From the NCBI GenBank assembly GCA_050633245.1, contig JBOEGD010000007.1, positions 219,624 to 283,623 of the forward strand: a stretch of DNA of 64,000 nucleotides. The letters run 5' to 3'. This DNA is from Calditrichia bacterium (GTDB lineage Bacteria > Calditrichota > Calditrichia > RBG-13-44-9 > J075). The notes below the pieces were generated by a model that ran no database searches, was not told where the DNA came from, and saw only the letters and a program-made list of their open reading frames with translations. Below are positions 1-8,948 of this stretch, one piece after another. Positions within the stretch are counted from its first letter, which is position 1, and each line of letters starts with the position of its first letter. A program made the translations under genes and the position numbers.

Positions 1-350
1 AGCAGGGTCTCAATATTGCCTTCCATACGGTCTTTTTGAGAGTCAGCAACGAACACAACACCGTCTACACCATTCAGAATAATCTTACGGCTGGAGGCAT
101 AATAGACCTGCCCTGGTACCGTGTATAGATTAAACTTTGGTTTTTTACCCTTTATTCTTCCTACTTCGATCTGCATAAAGTCGAAAAAGATGGTACGGTC
201 TTCTTTTGTTTTCAAAGTAACGAGCTCGCCGGTCAGGGAGGGATCCAGCTTAGTATGAATATACTCGAGATTGGTTGTTTTACCGCTCATTCCCGGGCCG
301 TAATACACAATCTTGAGATTTATTTCCTGTAAAGCCCAATTAATAAACAT
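1..350 (-). CDS. mglA: MglA-family small Ras-like GTPase (3' end outside window; missing from the ORF track)
   Basis: Manual translation from ATG at 350: MFINWALQEINLKIVYYGPGMSGKTTNLEYIH...EDRTIFFDF...LYTVPGQVYY...GVDGVVFVADSQ. Shows the P-loop, the MglA intrinsic Arg-finger DRT motif and the MglA-type TVPGQ G3 motif. Lies directly downstream of mglB. Confidence 0.95.
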   Translation of the reverse strand, partial: MFINWALQEINLKIVYYGPGMSGKTTNLEYIHTKLDPSLTGELVTLKTKEDRTIFFDFMQIEVGRIKGKKPKFNLYTVPGQVYYASSRKIILNGVDGVVFVADSQKDRMEGNIETL

Positions 351-416
351 AATAATTCTCACTTCAATTTTAGAGTTTCAGCTCCATTAAATTCCAGGCG
401 ATCCGGCAGAAGAAGC

Positions 417-926
417 TTACTTAAATGATTCATCCAGCATGTCGCCGAGCATGCTGCTGAAATCCTGATCAATAATTTTACCGGCATCATCACCTGCTTC
501 AGAGGTATCGAATACAGTAAGCAGATTTTGTATGGCTTTCTTGGTATAGATTCGAACGAGTCCCAGCGTTACGCTGACGTCGAATACGACGACCAGAAAG
601 AAGTTATCACCAACATTAGACAGATATACATTGCGCTTTTCACCTTCGTGAAACAGCAGCTTAAACTTTGCATCTTCTCCAACCAGTTTCGCCATCTCGG
701 ACGTAGCGGCAAAATCACTAGCGGCCAGAGCAGACAAAATAGCGGTGTTAATATCATCTGTATTACCACGCTGGGTAATCAGCTGTCCGCTGATATCGGC
801 AAGCAAAATAGTCGATGCTTTCGTCTTAGCTGCCAGTTCAGACAGAATTTTTGTTATCTCATCGAACTGCTTAGCAGTTAAAATGATCTGACGACTTCCG
901 TCTTTCAACTTCTTGACTTGTACCAT
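417..926 (-). CDS. mglB: MglB roadblock/LC7-domain GTPase-activating protein
   Basis: ALAASDFAATSEMAKLVGE..FKLLFHEGEK..VFDVSVTLGLVR resembles MglB. Has a C-terminal helix DFSSMLGDMLDESF and is adjacent to mglA. Confidence 0.92.
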   Translation of the reverse strand: MVQVKKLKDGSRQIILTAKQFDEITKILSELAAKTKASTILLADISGQLITQRGNTDDINTAILSALAASDFAATSEMAKLVGEDAKFKLLFHEGEKRNVYLSNVGDNFFLVVVFDVSVTLGLVRIYTKKAIQNLLTVFDTSEAGDDAGKIIDQDFSSMLGDMLDESFK

Positions 927-954
927 GATATGAACTCTCCCTGAAATAGGTTGA

Positions 955-1749
955 CTAAAAACGGCCTATAGTCGATTTGGTTTTAAGCCGGGTAAGGCTG
1001 GTTTTAAGGCTTTCTTTCATTCTATCGATAGCAACTGCGAGCACCTGTAATTCATTTTTCGCCTTTACTTCAATCGGGGCGTTAAAATTACCCATGCTTA
1101 TCTCGTTTGCCGCCTCTGTTAACTTAATCACTGGTCGTGTCACCTGCACGGTAATCACTGCCAGGGCTACCAGAATAATAATCAGTGTTCCGATGGCAAT
1201 AACGGCACCGATTAAGAGCAGCGTACGATTAATCTGCTCATCGATAAACGATTTTCGCAGTCCAACGCGCACAAATCCGAGTAAACCATCCTTTATAGGA
1301 TAGGTAATATCGTATACTTCGCGCTCCTGTACTTTGTTTGGGGTCACCGAATACACTTCGCCGCTTGAGAAATCATAGTTCTCATAGATAGCGTTCGTCT
1401 CTGGCCCTGAAGACAGTTCCGCCGGAAGCTGCCCATTATAAGTGTCGGAAACGACTGCATAATCTGCATCTACTATCAATATATATTCATTACTTAGATA
1501 GTATCGGTATTTTTCAAGAATTTTCTTAAGTCCGACAACATCTTCTTCAATTAACTTTTCAGCGGCGAGCTCAGCTATACTCCCGGCGATAATTCTTCCC
1601 TGCTCTTCGAGGGATTTTTGCAGGGTATCGCCCAGAAAAGAAGAGGTAACTGCGATGATCACACCGCTAAAGACAATTGCACCAATCAAAATGTAAAGTG
1701 TAATCTTAAAGCGCAAATTGTTGAACAATCCTGTTGACTCTGCCATCAA
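955..1749 (-). CDS. Two-TM membrane sensor with a Cache-like extracytoplasmic domain and terminal HAMP domain, no output domain
   Basis: Two hydrophobic helices. HAMP signature TRPVIKLTEAANEISMGNF..NELQVLAVAIDRM, and the protein ends about 20 aa later. Confidence 0.85.
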   Translation of the reverse strand: MMAESTGLFNNLRFKITLYILIGAIVFSGVIIAVTSSFLGDTLQKSLEEQGRIIAGSIAELAAEKLIEEDVVGLKKILEKYRYYLSNEYILIVDADYAVVSDTYNGQLPAELSSGPETNAIYENYDFSSGEVYSVTPNKVQEREVYDITYPIKDGLLGFVRVGLRKSFIDEQINRTLLLIGAVIAIGTLIIILVALAVITVQVTRPVIKLTEAANEISMGNFNAPIEVKAKNELQVLAVAIDRMKESLKTSLTRLKTKSTIGRF

Positions 1750-2222
1750 ATCAATCCCTTTAGTTTTTGTAACATCTCTCGTTGAAACTCTATTCGTTTT
1801 TCATCATTGGAAATTTCCATGGTCAGCAGCTCGACCAGCTGTGGTAGCTGCCGTTTATCCAGATTGGCGCGGCTTCGCTTTAACTCACGCAGCATGTCAT
1901 CTACCAGGATTGCCGCCACCGGGCCAAGATAGTAGGTTAAGCGATACTCCAGTTCAGAAAATAGTTCGGCTGATACGTACGGATCGTTTCCATTGCTTTC
2001 CACCAGCTCGAGTAATCCGGCTTTTTCAAGTCGTTCAAAAAGCTCATGAGTCTCATCCATATTCAGTGCGAGGATTTCGCCAATCTGGCTCACGCTCTTT
2101 TCACCATTAAGCTGAGTAACAATAGCCCACTCCAGACTCTTCAGCTTCATTTCCGATGGCGAACGCTTGCTGTTTACGCGGAAGACCATGTTATCGTGGA
2201 TCGTTATGCCTGCCACGCTCAC
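1746..2222 (-). CDS. Winged-helix protein with a C-terminal helical 'LGPVAAILV' domain
   Basis: EWAIVTQLNGEKSVSQIGEILAL..ELFERLEKAGLL is wHTH-like. 4-bp overlaps with both neighbours. Confidence 0.7.
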   Translation of the reverse strand: MSVAGITIHDNMVFRVNSKRSPSEMKLKSLEWAIVTQLNGEKSVSQIGEILALNMDETHELFERLEKAGLLELVESNGNDPYVSAELFSELEYRLTYYLGPVAAILVDDMLRELKRSRANLDKRQLPQLVELLTMEISNDEKRIEFQREMLQKLKGLI

Positions 2223-2668
2223 TTCCCTTCCCGCATATTTTCCAGCATTATCTTCTCTACTTCATCGAGCCGAGCAGAATTTATATTGGTAAATTTCTGT
2301 TCGGGAAGCTTGCGAAGCGTCCTGCGCCATTTTTTCCCGTTGTCAATATCGTGTATCGCCACGTTCATTGCCATACGAATATGAGCAATTTCTACGGAAA
2401 GGCGTGCTATCACCGTCACATATAAGCGGGAGTGACTCCTAACGAAGACTAAACCGCGGTCGAATGGTAGTACTAATTCATCCATATCATATCGTAAATA
2501 CTCCAGCAAGCCAAAAATATGCTGAAAGGTTTCACCGGTTTCAACGAATACGCTGGGATTGTATTTCGGCGTATTCCATGAGTCGATAATCTGATTGCGA
2601 TTATCGTAAACCACCACAGCTTCGATGCCGTTAATTGCGATGAGTTCAGAAAATGCGTCTGTAATCAA
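2219..2668 (-). CDS. Divergent roadblock/LC7-like protein (MglB/MglC-like)
   Basis: FSELIAINGIEAVVVYDNRNQII..DELVLPFDRGLVFVR..LYVTVIA..EIAHIRMAM follows the roadblock secondary-structure pattern. Translationally coupled to neighbours. Confidence 0.65.
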   Translation of the reverse strand: MITDAFSELIAINGIEAVVVYDNRNQIIDSWNTPKYNPSVFVETGETFQHIFGLLEYLRYDMDELVLPFDRGLVFVRSHSRLYVTVIARLSVEIAHIRMAMNVAIHDIDNGKKWRRTLRKLPEQKFTNINSARLDEVEKIMLENMREGK

Positions 2669-3693
2669 AGTTTTATCCCCCGAAAGACCTGCCCCACCAG
2701 CTTTTGTGGGTCCAGCCGGGTAAGCTCTACATCGTAGCGATTTGCCAATTGCAGCACATCTTCGCTGATTTTGGCTAGATTAATACGTCTTGCTCGCCAG
2801 GTCGGCAGGCTTTTTAAAACGCGGTTGATTGCAATAACCATCCCTTGAATAAAGGTAGCATTGTGCAGCAGGCGGCGAACGGCGAATTGAGTTGCATTGA
2901 GAGTAATAACGCCACTGCTGGGGCTTAAAAATGGATAGTGATCTGCCAGTTCGGCACTCACCTTACTAAATGCCCCCTCAAAGCGATTCTTGCGAAACTG
3001 ATCGTTAACGAGCTTGCTTAAATAGTCAATCAGTTCTTTCCAAAAGGCCAGATAATTCTGATGCTGCCAGGGAATGAGAAATACATCTTCCTCGACAATC
3101 GTTGTAGGTTTTTTGGCGCGAAAAACTGAGACACTTGGCTGAATCATCTCGCCGATTGACTGAAATTTTTGATATACATTATCGCCCGAGGCCAATTTAC
3201 CGGAATTTGAGACAATCACGGCATCGGCCGGAATTCCTTCCAGATAGTAAACCGTCCCCTGCCCTTTTGTCCCGCTAAACTCTAAATCTACATAACCGGT
3301 TACAGAGTCTTTCTCCAGTAAATCAAAGATCTGACCGAGCGTATAATTACTCAATTCCTGGGCGGTTTTATACACCCGGGACTGAATCGCATATGCAAGC
3401 GCCAGAGCCACTTCGCTATTCAGCGCGTAGACTTCGATGGTCCCATCTTCGTCTTCAGCCTTTTCCATTAGACGAACAACGGCCTTCTCGTTGGTAAGAC
3501 GAACGTCATCTTCCTCTGAGTAAGCCTCGATCATACGTCCCATATCCATCACCAAAACGCCTTCATACTCCCAAAAGGTCAGCTTTACATAGCCACTGAA
3601 GCGGCTTTCTGCCTGTTGTTGAAGCAGCTGGTCGAATTTTGTAAACGACGTGCTGAGATTGCGATGTTTTTCTATACCTTGCGGTAGAAGCAC
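2665..3693 (-). CDS. Protein with two tandem DUF4388/DUF2226 (PATAN-like) domains
   Basis: Internal repeat: FDQLLQQQAESRFSGYVKL..EGVLVMDMGRMIEA versus IFDLLEKDSVTGYVDL..QGTVYYLEGIPADA. Confidence 0.65.
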   Translation of the reverse strand: MLLPQGIEKHRNLSTSFTKFDQLLQQQAESRFSGYVKLTFWEYEGVLVMDMGRMIEAYSEEDDVRLTNEKAVVRLMEKAEDEDGTIEVYALNSEVALALAYAIQSRVYKTAQELSNYTLGQIFDLLEKDSVTGYVDLEFSGTKGQGTVYYLEGIPADAVIVSNSGKLASGDNVYQKFQSIGEMIQPSVSVFRAKKPTTIVEEDVFLIPWQHQNYLAFWKELIDYLSKLVNDQFRKNRFEGAFSKVSAELADHYPFLSPSSGVITLNATQFAVRRLLHNATFIQGMVIAINRVLKSLPTWRARRINLAKISEDVLQLANRYDVELTRLDPQKLVGQVFRGIKL

Positions 3694-3704
3694 GGTGTTG
3701 CGCC

Positions 3705-4355
3705 TTATTTTAAGCTAACCTGTTTCAGAACTTTTTTAACCATTGTGGTAAACTCCGGCGTAATCACGCGATGGTCGGTTTGCACCACAATCAAGTTGGG
3801 TCGGAATTCGAATATAAAGTAGTAGCCGTCCCGCGTCCGCAGCTTCATAAACTGAAACATTTCGGAATAAAACAGATTCAGCATCTTCTTCAATTTATAC
3901 CAGATAAAGGTAAGTGCCAGAGGGTGAATAGCCTCTATTTTACCTTCTATTACCTGTCCGTTATAGTTTAAAACGAATACATTTTGAACATTTTTAAGAC
4001 CGGAGAGCAGCGCAAACAACTGCCTTGGAATGGGTGCAGTATGGGCTGTCTTCTCATCCATTACTCGCAACCCTTCCAGCACAACCGAATTCCAGGGCTG
4101 CATAATAGTCTGCGTTGGCGCATCGATATCGGCTTCGACCTTGAACTCGCCTTCTTCCAGAGAAAGCAATTCGTGCACAGCGCGTTCACCGACGAACGGG
4201 CCATATTCCGAATGCGTCATCGCGCCATTGGCGAAATAGATGGTGCCGGTTAAATCCATTGCCCGGACTGTCACGCGTGCTTTATTGCGCTCAATACAGT
4301 TTATCTGGATGATATTTGCCAGCCTAAGGTCTTTCAGATTGCCAACGAGGGCCAT
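3705..4355 (-). CDS. DUF4388 (PatA N-terminal-like) domain protein with a probable C-terminal roadblock-like domain
   Basis: MALVGNLKDLRLANIIQ..GTIYFANGAMTHSEYG..GERAVHELLSLEEGEF is typical of DUF4388. C-terminal LSGLKNVQNVFVLNYNGQVI is roadblock-like. Confidence 0.8.
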   Translation of the reverse strand: MALVGNLKDLRLANIIQINCIERNKARVTVRAMDLTGTIYFANGAMTHSEYGPFVGERAVHELLSLEEGEFKVEADIDAPTQTIMQPWNSVVLEGLRVMDEKTAHTAPIPRQLFALLSGLKNVQNVFVLNYNGQVIEGKIEAIHPLALTFIWYKLKKMLNLFYSEMFQFMKLRTRDGYYFIFEFRPNLIVVQTDHRVITPEFTTMVKKVLKQVSLK

Positions 4356-4358
4356 AGG

Positions 4359-4730
4359 TTATCCGAGTATCGTTAATACGTGTTGCTTGAGTTCGTGAAT
4401 ATCAAATGGTTTCTCCACATACCAGTCGGCACCCTTTGCATAGGCATCCTGCTTGCGTTCATCCGAACCATAAGCCGTTATCACCACGGCATGAAGCTCT
4501 TTGTTCAGCGCTTTCAGATGTGCCAGCAAATCGAGGCCATTGAGACCCGGCATAGAGATATCGGTTATCAAAATATCAAACGGGGAGGCTTCATAATGCG
4601 TAATTGCTTCTTCGCTGGATGAAGCGGTAACCACTTCACAGTCTATTGGGGCATTAATAAACGTTTGATAGAGGCTGAAGGTTAGCGTTTCTTCATCATC
4701 TACTATCAACAGGCGTTTTACCTCATTCAT
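4359..4730 (-). CDS. Single-domain response regulator (CheY-like receiver)
   Basis: LIVDDEE, ITDISMPGLNG, TAYG and EKPF motifs. Confidence 0.95.
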   Translation of the reverse strand: MNEVKRLLIVDDEETLTFSLYQTFINAPIDCEVVTASSSEEAITHYEASPFDILITDISMPGLNGLDLLAHLKALNKELHAVVITAYGSDERKQDAYAKGADWYVEKPFDIHELKQHVLTILG

Positions 4731-4766
4731 GTCAACATCCTTCTTCAGCGCAATCTTCCGGTAACT

Positions 4767-6002
4767 TTATTGTCTTGCCGGTAATGAGATTGTAAAGCGT
4801 GTACCTTCACCTTCCCTGCTACTTACTTCCAGCGTGCCTTCGTGCTCTTCAACGAGACGATTGCAGATGGATAACCCCAGTCCGGTTCCTTCAGGACGTG
4901 TGGTAAAAAACGGATTAAAAATTTTCTCCAGATGTTCGGGTGCGATTCCGCTGCCGCTATCCGAGATTTCAATGCGTATTATTGGCTGTTTTCCCGAGCG
5001 GGTTACGCCGCCTTTCCATTGCCGACGCTCGAGTGTCAATCGTCTTGCCTCAATAGCAAGAGCCCCACCATCCGGCATGGCGTCGATGGCATTGAGCAGC
5101 AAATTAAGCAGAATCTGCTCCATCTGTCCGCCATCGGCGTAAATCTGTAAACCGGCTTCAATATTTTCCTGCCAGTGAATTGCGTTTTTCTTCATCATCG
5201 CCAACAAGAGCAACCTCACGCCGCCGACCAGCTTCTCTACGCTGTGCTGCTGCATATCCGGACGCGAAGGACGGGCAAATCGAAAAAATTCATTTAACAG
5301 CTTATTTGAGCGATCCACTTCCCGAATTACCCTTTCGAGCAGTCCGCGGCGAGGATCTCCACTGTCGAATTGTTCTTCCAATACCTGTGATGCTGCCTTA
5401 ATTCCAGCCAGTGGATTTCGAATCTCATGCGCTATGCCGGCCGAGAGCTCGCCCAATAACGCCAGGCGCTCCATTCGGGTAACCTGTTCTTTTAACTGCT
5501 GTATCTCGGTAAGATCCCGAAAAGAAAGAATCAAACCTTCGAACCGATTATTATGATCATTTAGTGGAGACGCATTTATGTCTACGCGAATCTCACGACC
5601 ATCGCTGCAGGCAAATGTCGCATCCCAATCATCAATCTTATTGTCCGGCAACAGGGCCTCGGCAAGAAATCGATCGGCCTCTGCTCGTTCGGTAAAAAAG
5701 TTTTGCAGCCGCTTTCCCAACAGCCATTCCGTCTCGCAACCCAATAGCTTCGCAGCATTCTTGTTTGCAAAGGTGATTTCCCCTGCGCGATCCAGAGCAA
5801 GCAGCCCCAAATTAACGTTCTGAATAATGCTTTTGTGAAAATGGTATACCTGGTTTAACAGACGTTGCTGTGGGACAGAATCGCGGTGCGGTGAGCCAGA
5901 ATCCGCCTGCGCCGGTGGACTTGTTTCCTGATCGTTATCCCGGGGCTGCAAATTCAGCAAAGACAATATTTGCTTCTGCTTGTTCAATCGTGATGTCATC
6001 AA
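4767..6002 (-). CDS. Cytoplasmic PAS sensor histidine kinase (NtrB/AtoS-like)
   Basis: PAS domain, H-box AHEIRNPL, N-box NLLLNAIDA, DSGSG, FNPFFTT and GTGLGL. No TM helix. Confidence 0.95.
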   Translation of the reverse strand: MMTSRLNKQKQILSLLNLQPRDNDQETSPPAQADSGSPHRDSVPQQRLLNQVYHFHKSIIQNVNLGLLALDRAGEITFANKNAAKLLGCETEWLLGKRLQNFFTERAEADRFLAEALLPDNKIDDWDATFACSDGREIRVDINASPLNDHNNRFEGLILSFRDLTEIQQLKEQVTRMERLALLGELSAGIAHEIRNPLAGIKAASQVLEEQFDSGDPRRGLLERVIREVDRSNKLLNEFFRFARPSRPDMQQHSVEKLVGGVRLLLLAMMKKNAIHWQENIEAGLQIYADGGQMEQILLNLLLNAIDAMPDGGALAIEARRLTLERRQWKGGVTRSGKQPIIRIEISDSGSGIAPEHLEKIFNPFFTTRPEGTGLGLSICNRLVEEHEGTLEVSSREGEGTRFTISLPARQ

Positions 6003-6713
6003 TCTGCATTCCCGTTAAAGCACGCTGCCAATATAGAACATTTTTGCTCCAAAATAAACACATTTCTGCGTATTTATAGCGGTTCGATCAGGCAATCAAT
6101 TTGTTGATTTACAGGGTTTTACACTTGCTTTAATAAAAGATTCACCGGTGCCGCCACTACTTTGTAATAGTAGCGTGAGGCTATGGATTGAAACGGAGAA
6201 CATCTTATTCTCATATGATTACTGAATTCTAAACAGATTATGTTGCAAAATATCACACGCAAACCAGCGTTTTTTTTATGTTAAAAATGCAAACTTTAAC
6301 AAATCTCGTTTTTCATGTCATAAATTCTCACATTTATCCGATAATTAAACAGTAAACGCATAAAAAATGCGTAATCAGCGCAACCGGGGTGGATTTATTC
6401 ATTTTTTTTTGTCATATTGCATTCCTGTAACAGATTGACTTTCCCGATAACGCAGACTTCCGCATTAAAAGTGATATAACACTGACAGGATGACGCCCTC
6501 ATCTCGAACAACTGGTTCTTCTCCAGCGTCCTACTGTTATGATGTGTACCTGCTTAAGGGTTATGAAATACGAAAATTTAAATGTGCGCATGCGCATACA
6601 AGTCGGGTATTTGTACGCTAAGTTCATATTGCCTTTGCCCCTAAAGGTGCTGTCTGAACAGCTTTAGCGCATTACTTTTAGTCCGGAAAAACCGGTAGAT
6701 CAGGCAATTCGTC

Positions 6714-8948
6714 ATGAAAGAAAAAGTATTTTCTTCCCTCAACTTACTCCTCGACACTGTAGAAGGTGCAAATCTTCTATTGGAATACTATGCTTCGTTT
6801 AGTAAACGAGTAATGGGCGCACATGATTTCAAAACAATCCTGACCGTCTTTTCCGAAGAGCTAAAGCATATTTACGTCACTCAAAACATTGAAATAATCC
6901 TCTGGCAAAACAATAAGCGCCTGGTAAAGTTTTTATATGACGACACCAAAAAGCGCGTTTACCCTGCTGAAGAGTTTTCACAAAAGAATACGCTCTACAA
7001 CTACGTGCTGGAAAGACAGCAGATAGTACTCACCAATAGCTATGCCAGCTTCTGCGACAATGTTGGCCTTGGAAAAGGCCAGATTAACGCGAGCTCCTGG
7101 TTGGGCATACCTATGAAGGTGCGCGACAAAGTACTGGGTGCAGTGGTTGTCTGGGACCCCACAACGGAACATTATCTGCGGCTACAGGATCGGCACTTCC
7201 TGACGACGGTAACAGATATGGTCAGCTTCGCGATGGAGAACGTCTATCTATCGGATTACATCGTCGAGAAGAGCGATTCCTACAGTATTGTTGAGCTTGC
7301 TCTGCCGACCAAAAAGATACGCAATTCCACAAAAGGTGTGCTCAAACACCTGCATCACGCCATCAGTCGCCAGGAAAATGTGCTCTACAACGGCATCTTC
7401 CTGCGTCCCAGTGAAACCAATCGCTGGCAGTTGCTATCCGAGAATTATGAAAAGCCCATTCTTGGTAAACTGGGAATTCAGTTGCTTAATACGCTTCCAG
7501 CGTTTAACCACGCAAGCACCGAAGAGTCTGATATGTTGATATGGAAGAATACCGACAAAAACAATTTGCTCAATAAAACGCTTTCCGCACCGATGCGAAC
7601 GTTTGGAATTGAGAATGCACTATTCTTTCCTTTTGTCGTAAATCATAGCTATCTCGGCGCTTGGATTATCGCATTTGATGGCAAGACAACGTCCATCTCT
7701 CCCGATCAGCAGCAGTTGTATCAGTTTATTCTGTATATCATGACGCAGCTGATCGAGAAGCAGGCACTGCTTGAGCGCAAGCGCAAGTATGAAGCCTATA
7801 CGCGGCATTTAGAACGCATGAAATCTGTTGGGGAGGTGGCAAGTAGTTCGGCACACCACCTGAACAATGTACTTAGCGTTATTATCGGGAAAGGACAGCT
7901 TCTGCAAAAGAAGCTGGAAGGCACGCCGTATGAACGCGATCTATCGCTAATGTTGCAGGCAGCAGGTGATGGCGCCAATACCATAAGGCGCATGCAGCTG
8001 CGGGATGTGAACGATGTTGTCCCGCATGACGATTCGAAGTTTCTGGTGCTCAACTTCAATAATCTTATTCAGGAAGTCGTCGATATAGCTCGGCCACGGA
8101 TTGAGGCTGAATCGAAAAACCGTGGACTGCACTACGAGATTGCCCTTTCGCTGGGAGACATTAAGCCAGTTAAGGGCGATGCAACAGAATTGCGGGAGAT
8201 TCTTTTTAATCTCATCAACAATTCGATTGATGCCATGCCTCGAGGGGGCAAAGTAGCATTACAGACCACGCTGAAAGACAACAAGGTCATGATCTTCGTC
8301 AGCGATACCGGAATCGGCATCCCGGAAGGCATTCGCGATAAAATTTTCCAACCGTTCTACACCACGAAAGGGAAAAATGGAAATGGACTCGGCCTGAGTA
8401 TTGCACGCGAGGTTATTAGTAAGCATCGTGGTAAAATCTATGTCGATTCTATTCCACAAAAGGGCTCAATATTTATGATAGAGCTTCCCTTTACCAAAGA
8501 CGCACCTATGCCGCACACAAATGAAGACGTGTTGCTTAAACCACTTAATCACCGAATTCTTTTAGTTGAGGATGAAGGCGTCGTTCGCGAAACGGTAGCA
8601 GAGATTCTACAGGATGAAGGCTGCACGGTTATTTCCGCATCGAATGCCAATGAAGCACTCTTGAAATTTCAAAAAATTCAGTGTGATGCCGTATTTACTG
8701 ACCTCAGCATGCCTAACGTTAACGGAATCGAGCTATCGCATAAGCTGAAGAAACTGAATCCCAATATCCCAATATTTATTATTACCGGCTGGAATCAAAT
8801 GGACCCGGCAATGATAACAGCGAATGGCGTTATCGATGGCATTATTCAAAAGCCGCTGAATATCGACAATGTCCGCCAGGAACTTATGCGCATTACGACC
8901 AGCCGCAATGGCAATGGTGTCGCCCAAAAGAATGGTTTTCACGTATAA
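6714..8948 (+). CDS. GAF-containing hybrid histidine kinase with C-terminal receiver
   Basis: GAF (SWLGIPMKVRDKVLGAVVV), H-box SAHHLNNVL, NLINNSIDA, DTGIG, GNGLGL, then receiver LVEDE..TDLSMP..QKP. Confidence 0.92.
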   Translation: MKEKVFSSLNLLLDTVEGANLLLEYYASFSKRVMGAHDFKTILTVFSEELKHIYVTQNIEIILWQNNKRLVKFLYDDTKKRVYPAEEFSQKNTLYNYVLERQQIVLTNSYASFCDNVGLGKGQINASSWLGIPMKVRDKVLGAVVVWDPTTEHYLRLQDRHFLTTVTDMVSFAMENVYLSDYIVEKSDSYSIVELALPTKKIRNSTKGVLKHLHHAISRQENVLYNGIFLRPSETNRWQLLSENYEKPILGKLGIQLLNTLPAFNHASTEESDMLIWKNTDKNNLLNKTLSAPMRTFGIENALFFPFVVNHSYLGAWIIAFDGKTTSISPDQQQLYQFILYIMTQLIEKQALLERKRKYEAYTRHLERMKSVGEVASSSAHHLNNVLSVIIGKGQLLQKKLEGTPYERDLSLMLQAAGDGANTIRRMQLRDVNDVVPHDDSKFLVLNFNNLIQEVVDIARPRIEAESKNRGLHYEIALSLGDIKPVKGDATELREILFNLINNSIDAMPRGGKVALQTTLKDNKVMIFVSDTGIGIPEGIRDKIFQPFYTTKGKNGNGLGLSIAREVISKHRGKIYVDSIPQKGSIFMIELPFTKDAPMPHTNEDVLLKPLNHRILLVEDEGVVRETVAEILQDEGCTVISASNANEALLKFQKIQCDAVFTDLSMPNVNGIELSHKLKKLNPNIPIFIITGWNQMDPAMITANGVIDGIIQKPLNIDNVRQELMRITTSRNGNGVAQKNGFHV

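Noticed and set aside
6017-6031. Possible sigma54 promoter (TTGGCAGC...) upstream of the PAS kinase on the minus strand
   Set aside because: No GC at the required -12 position relative to the GG.
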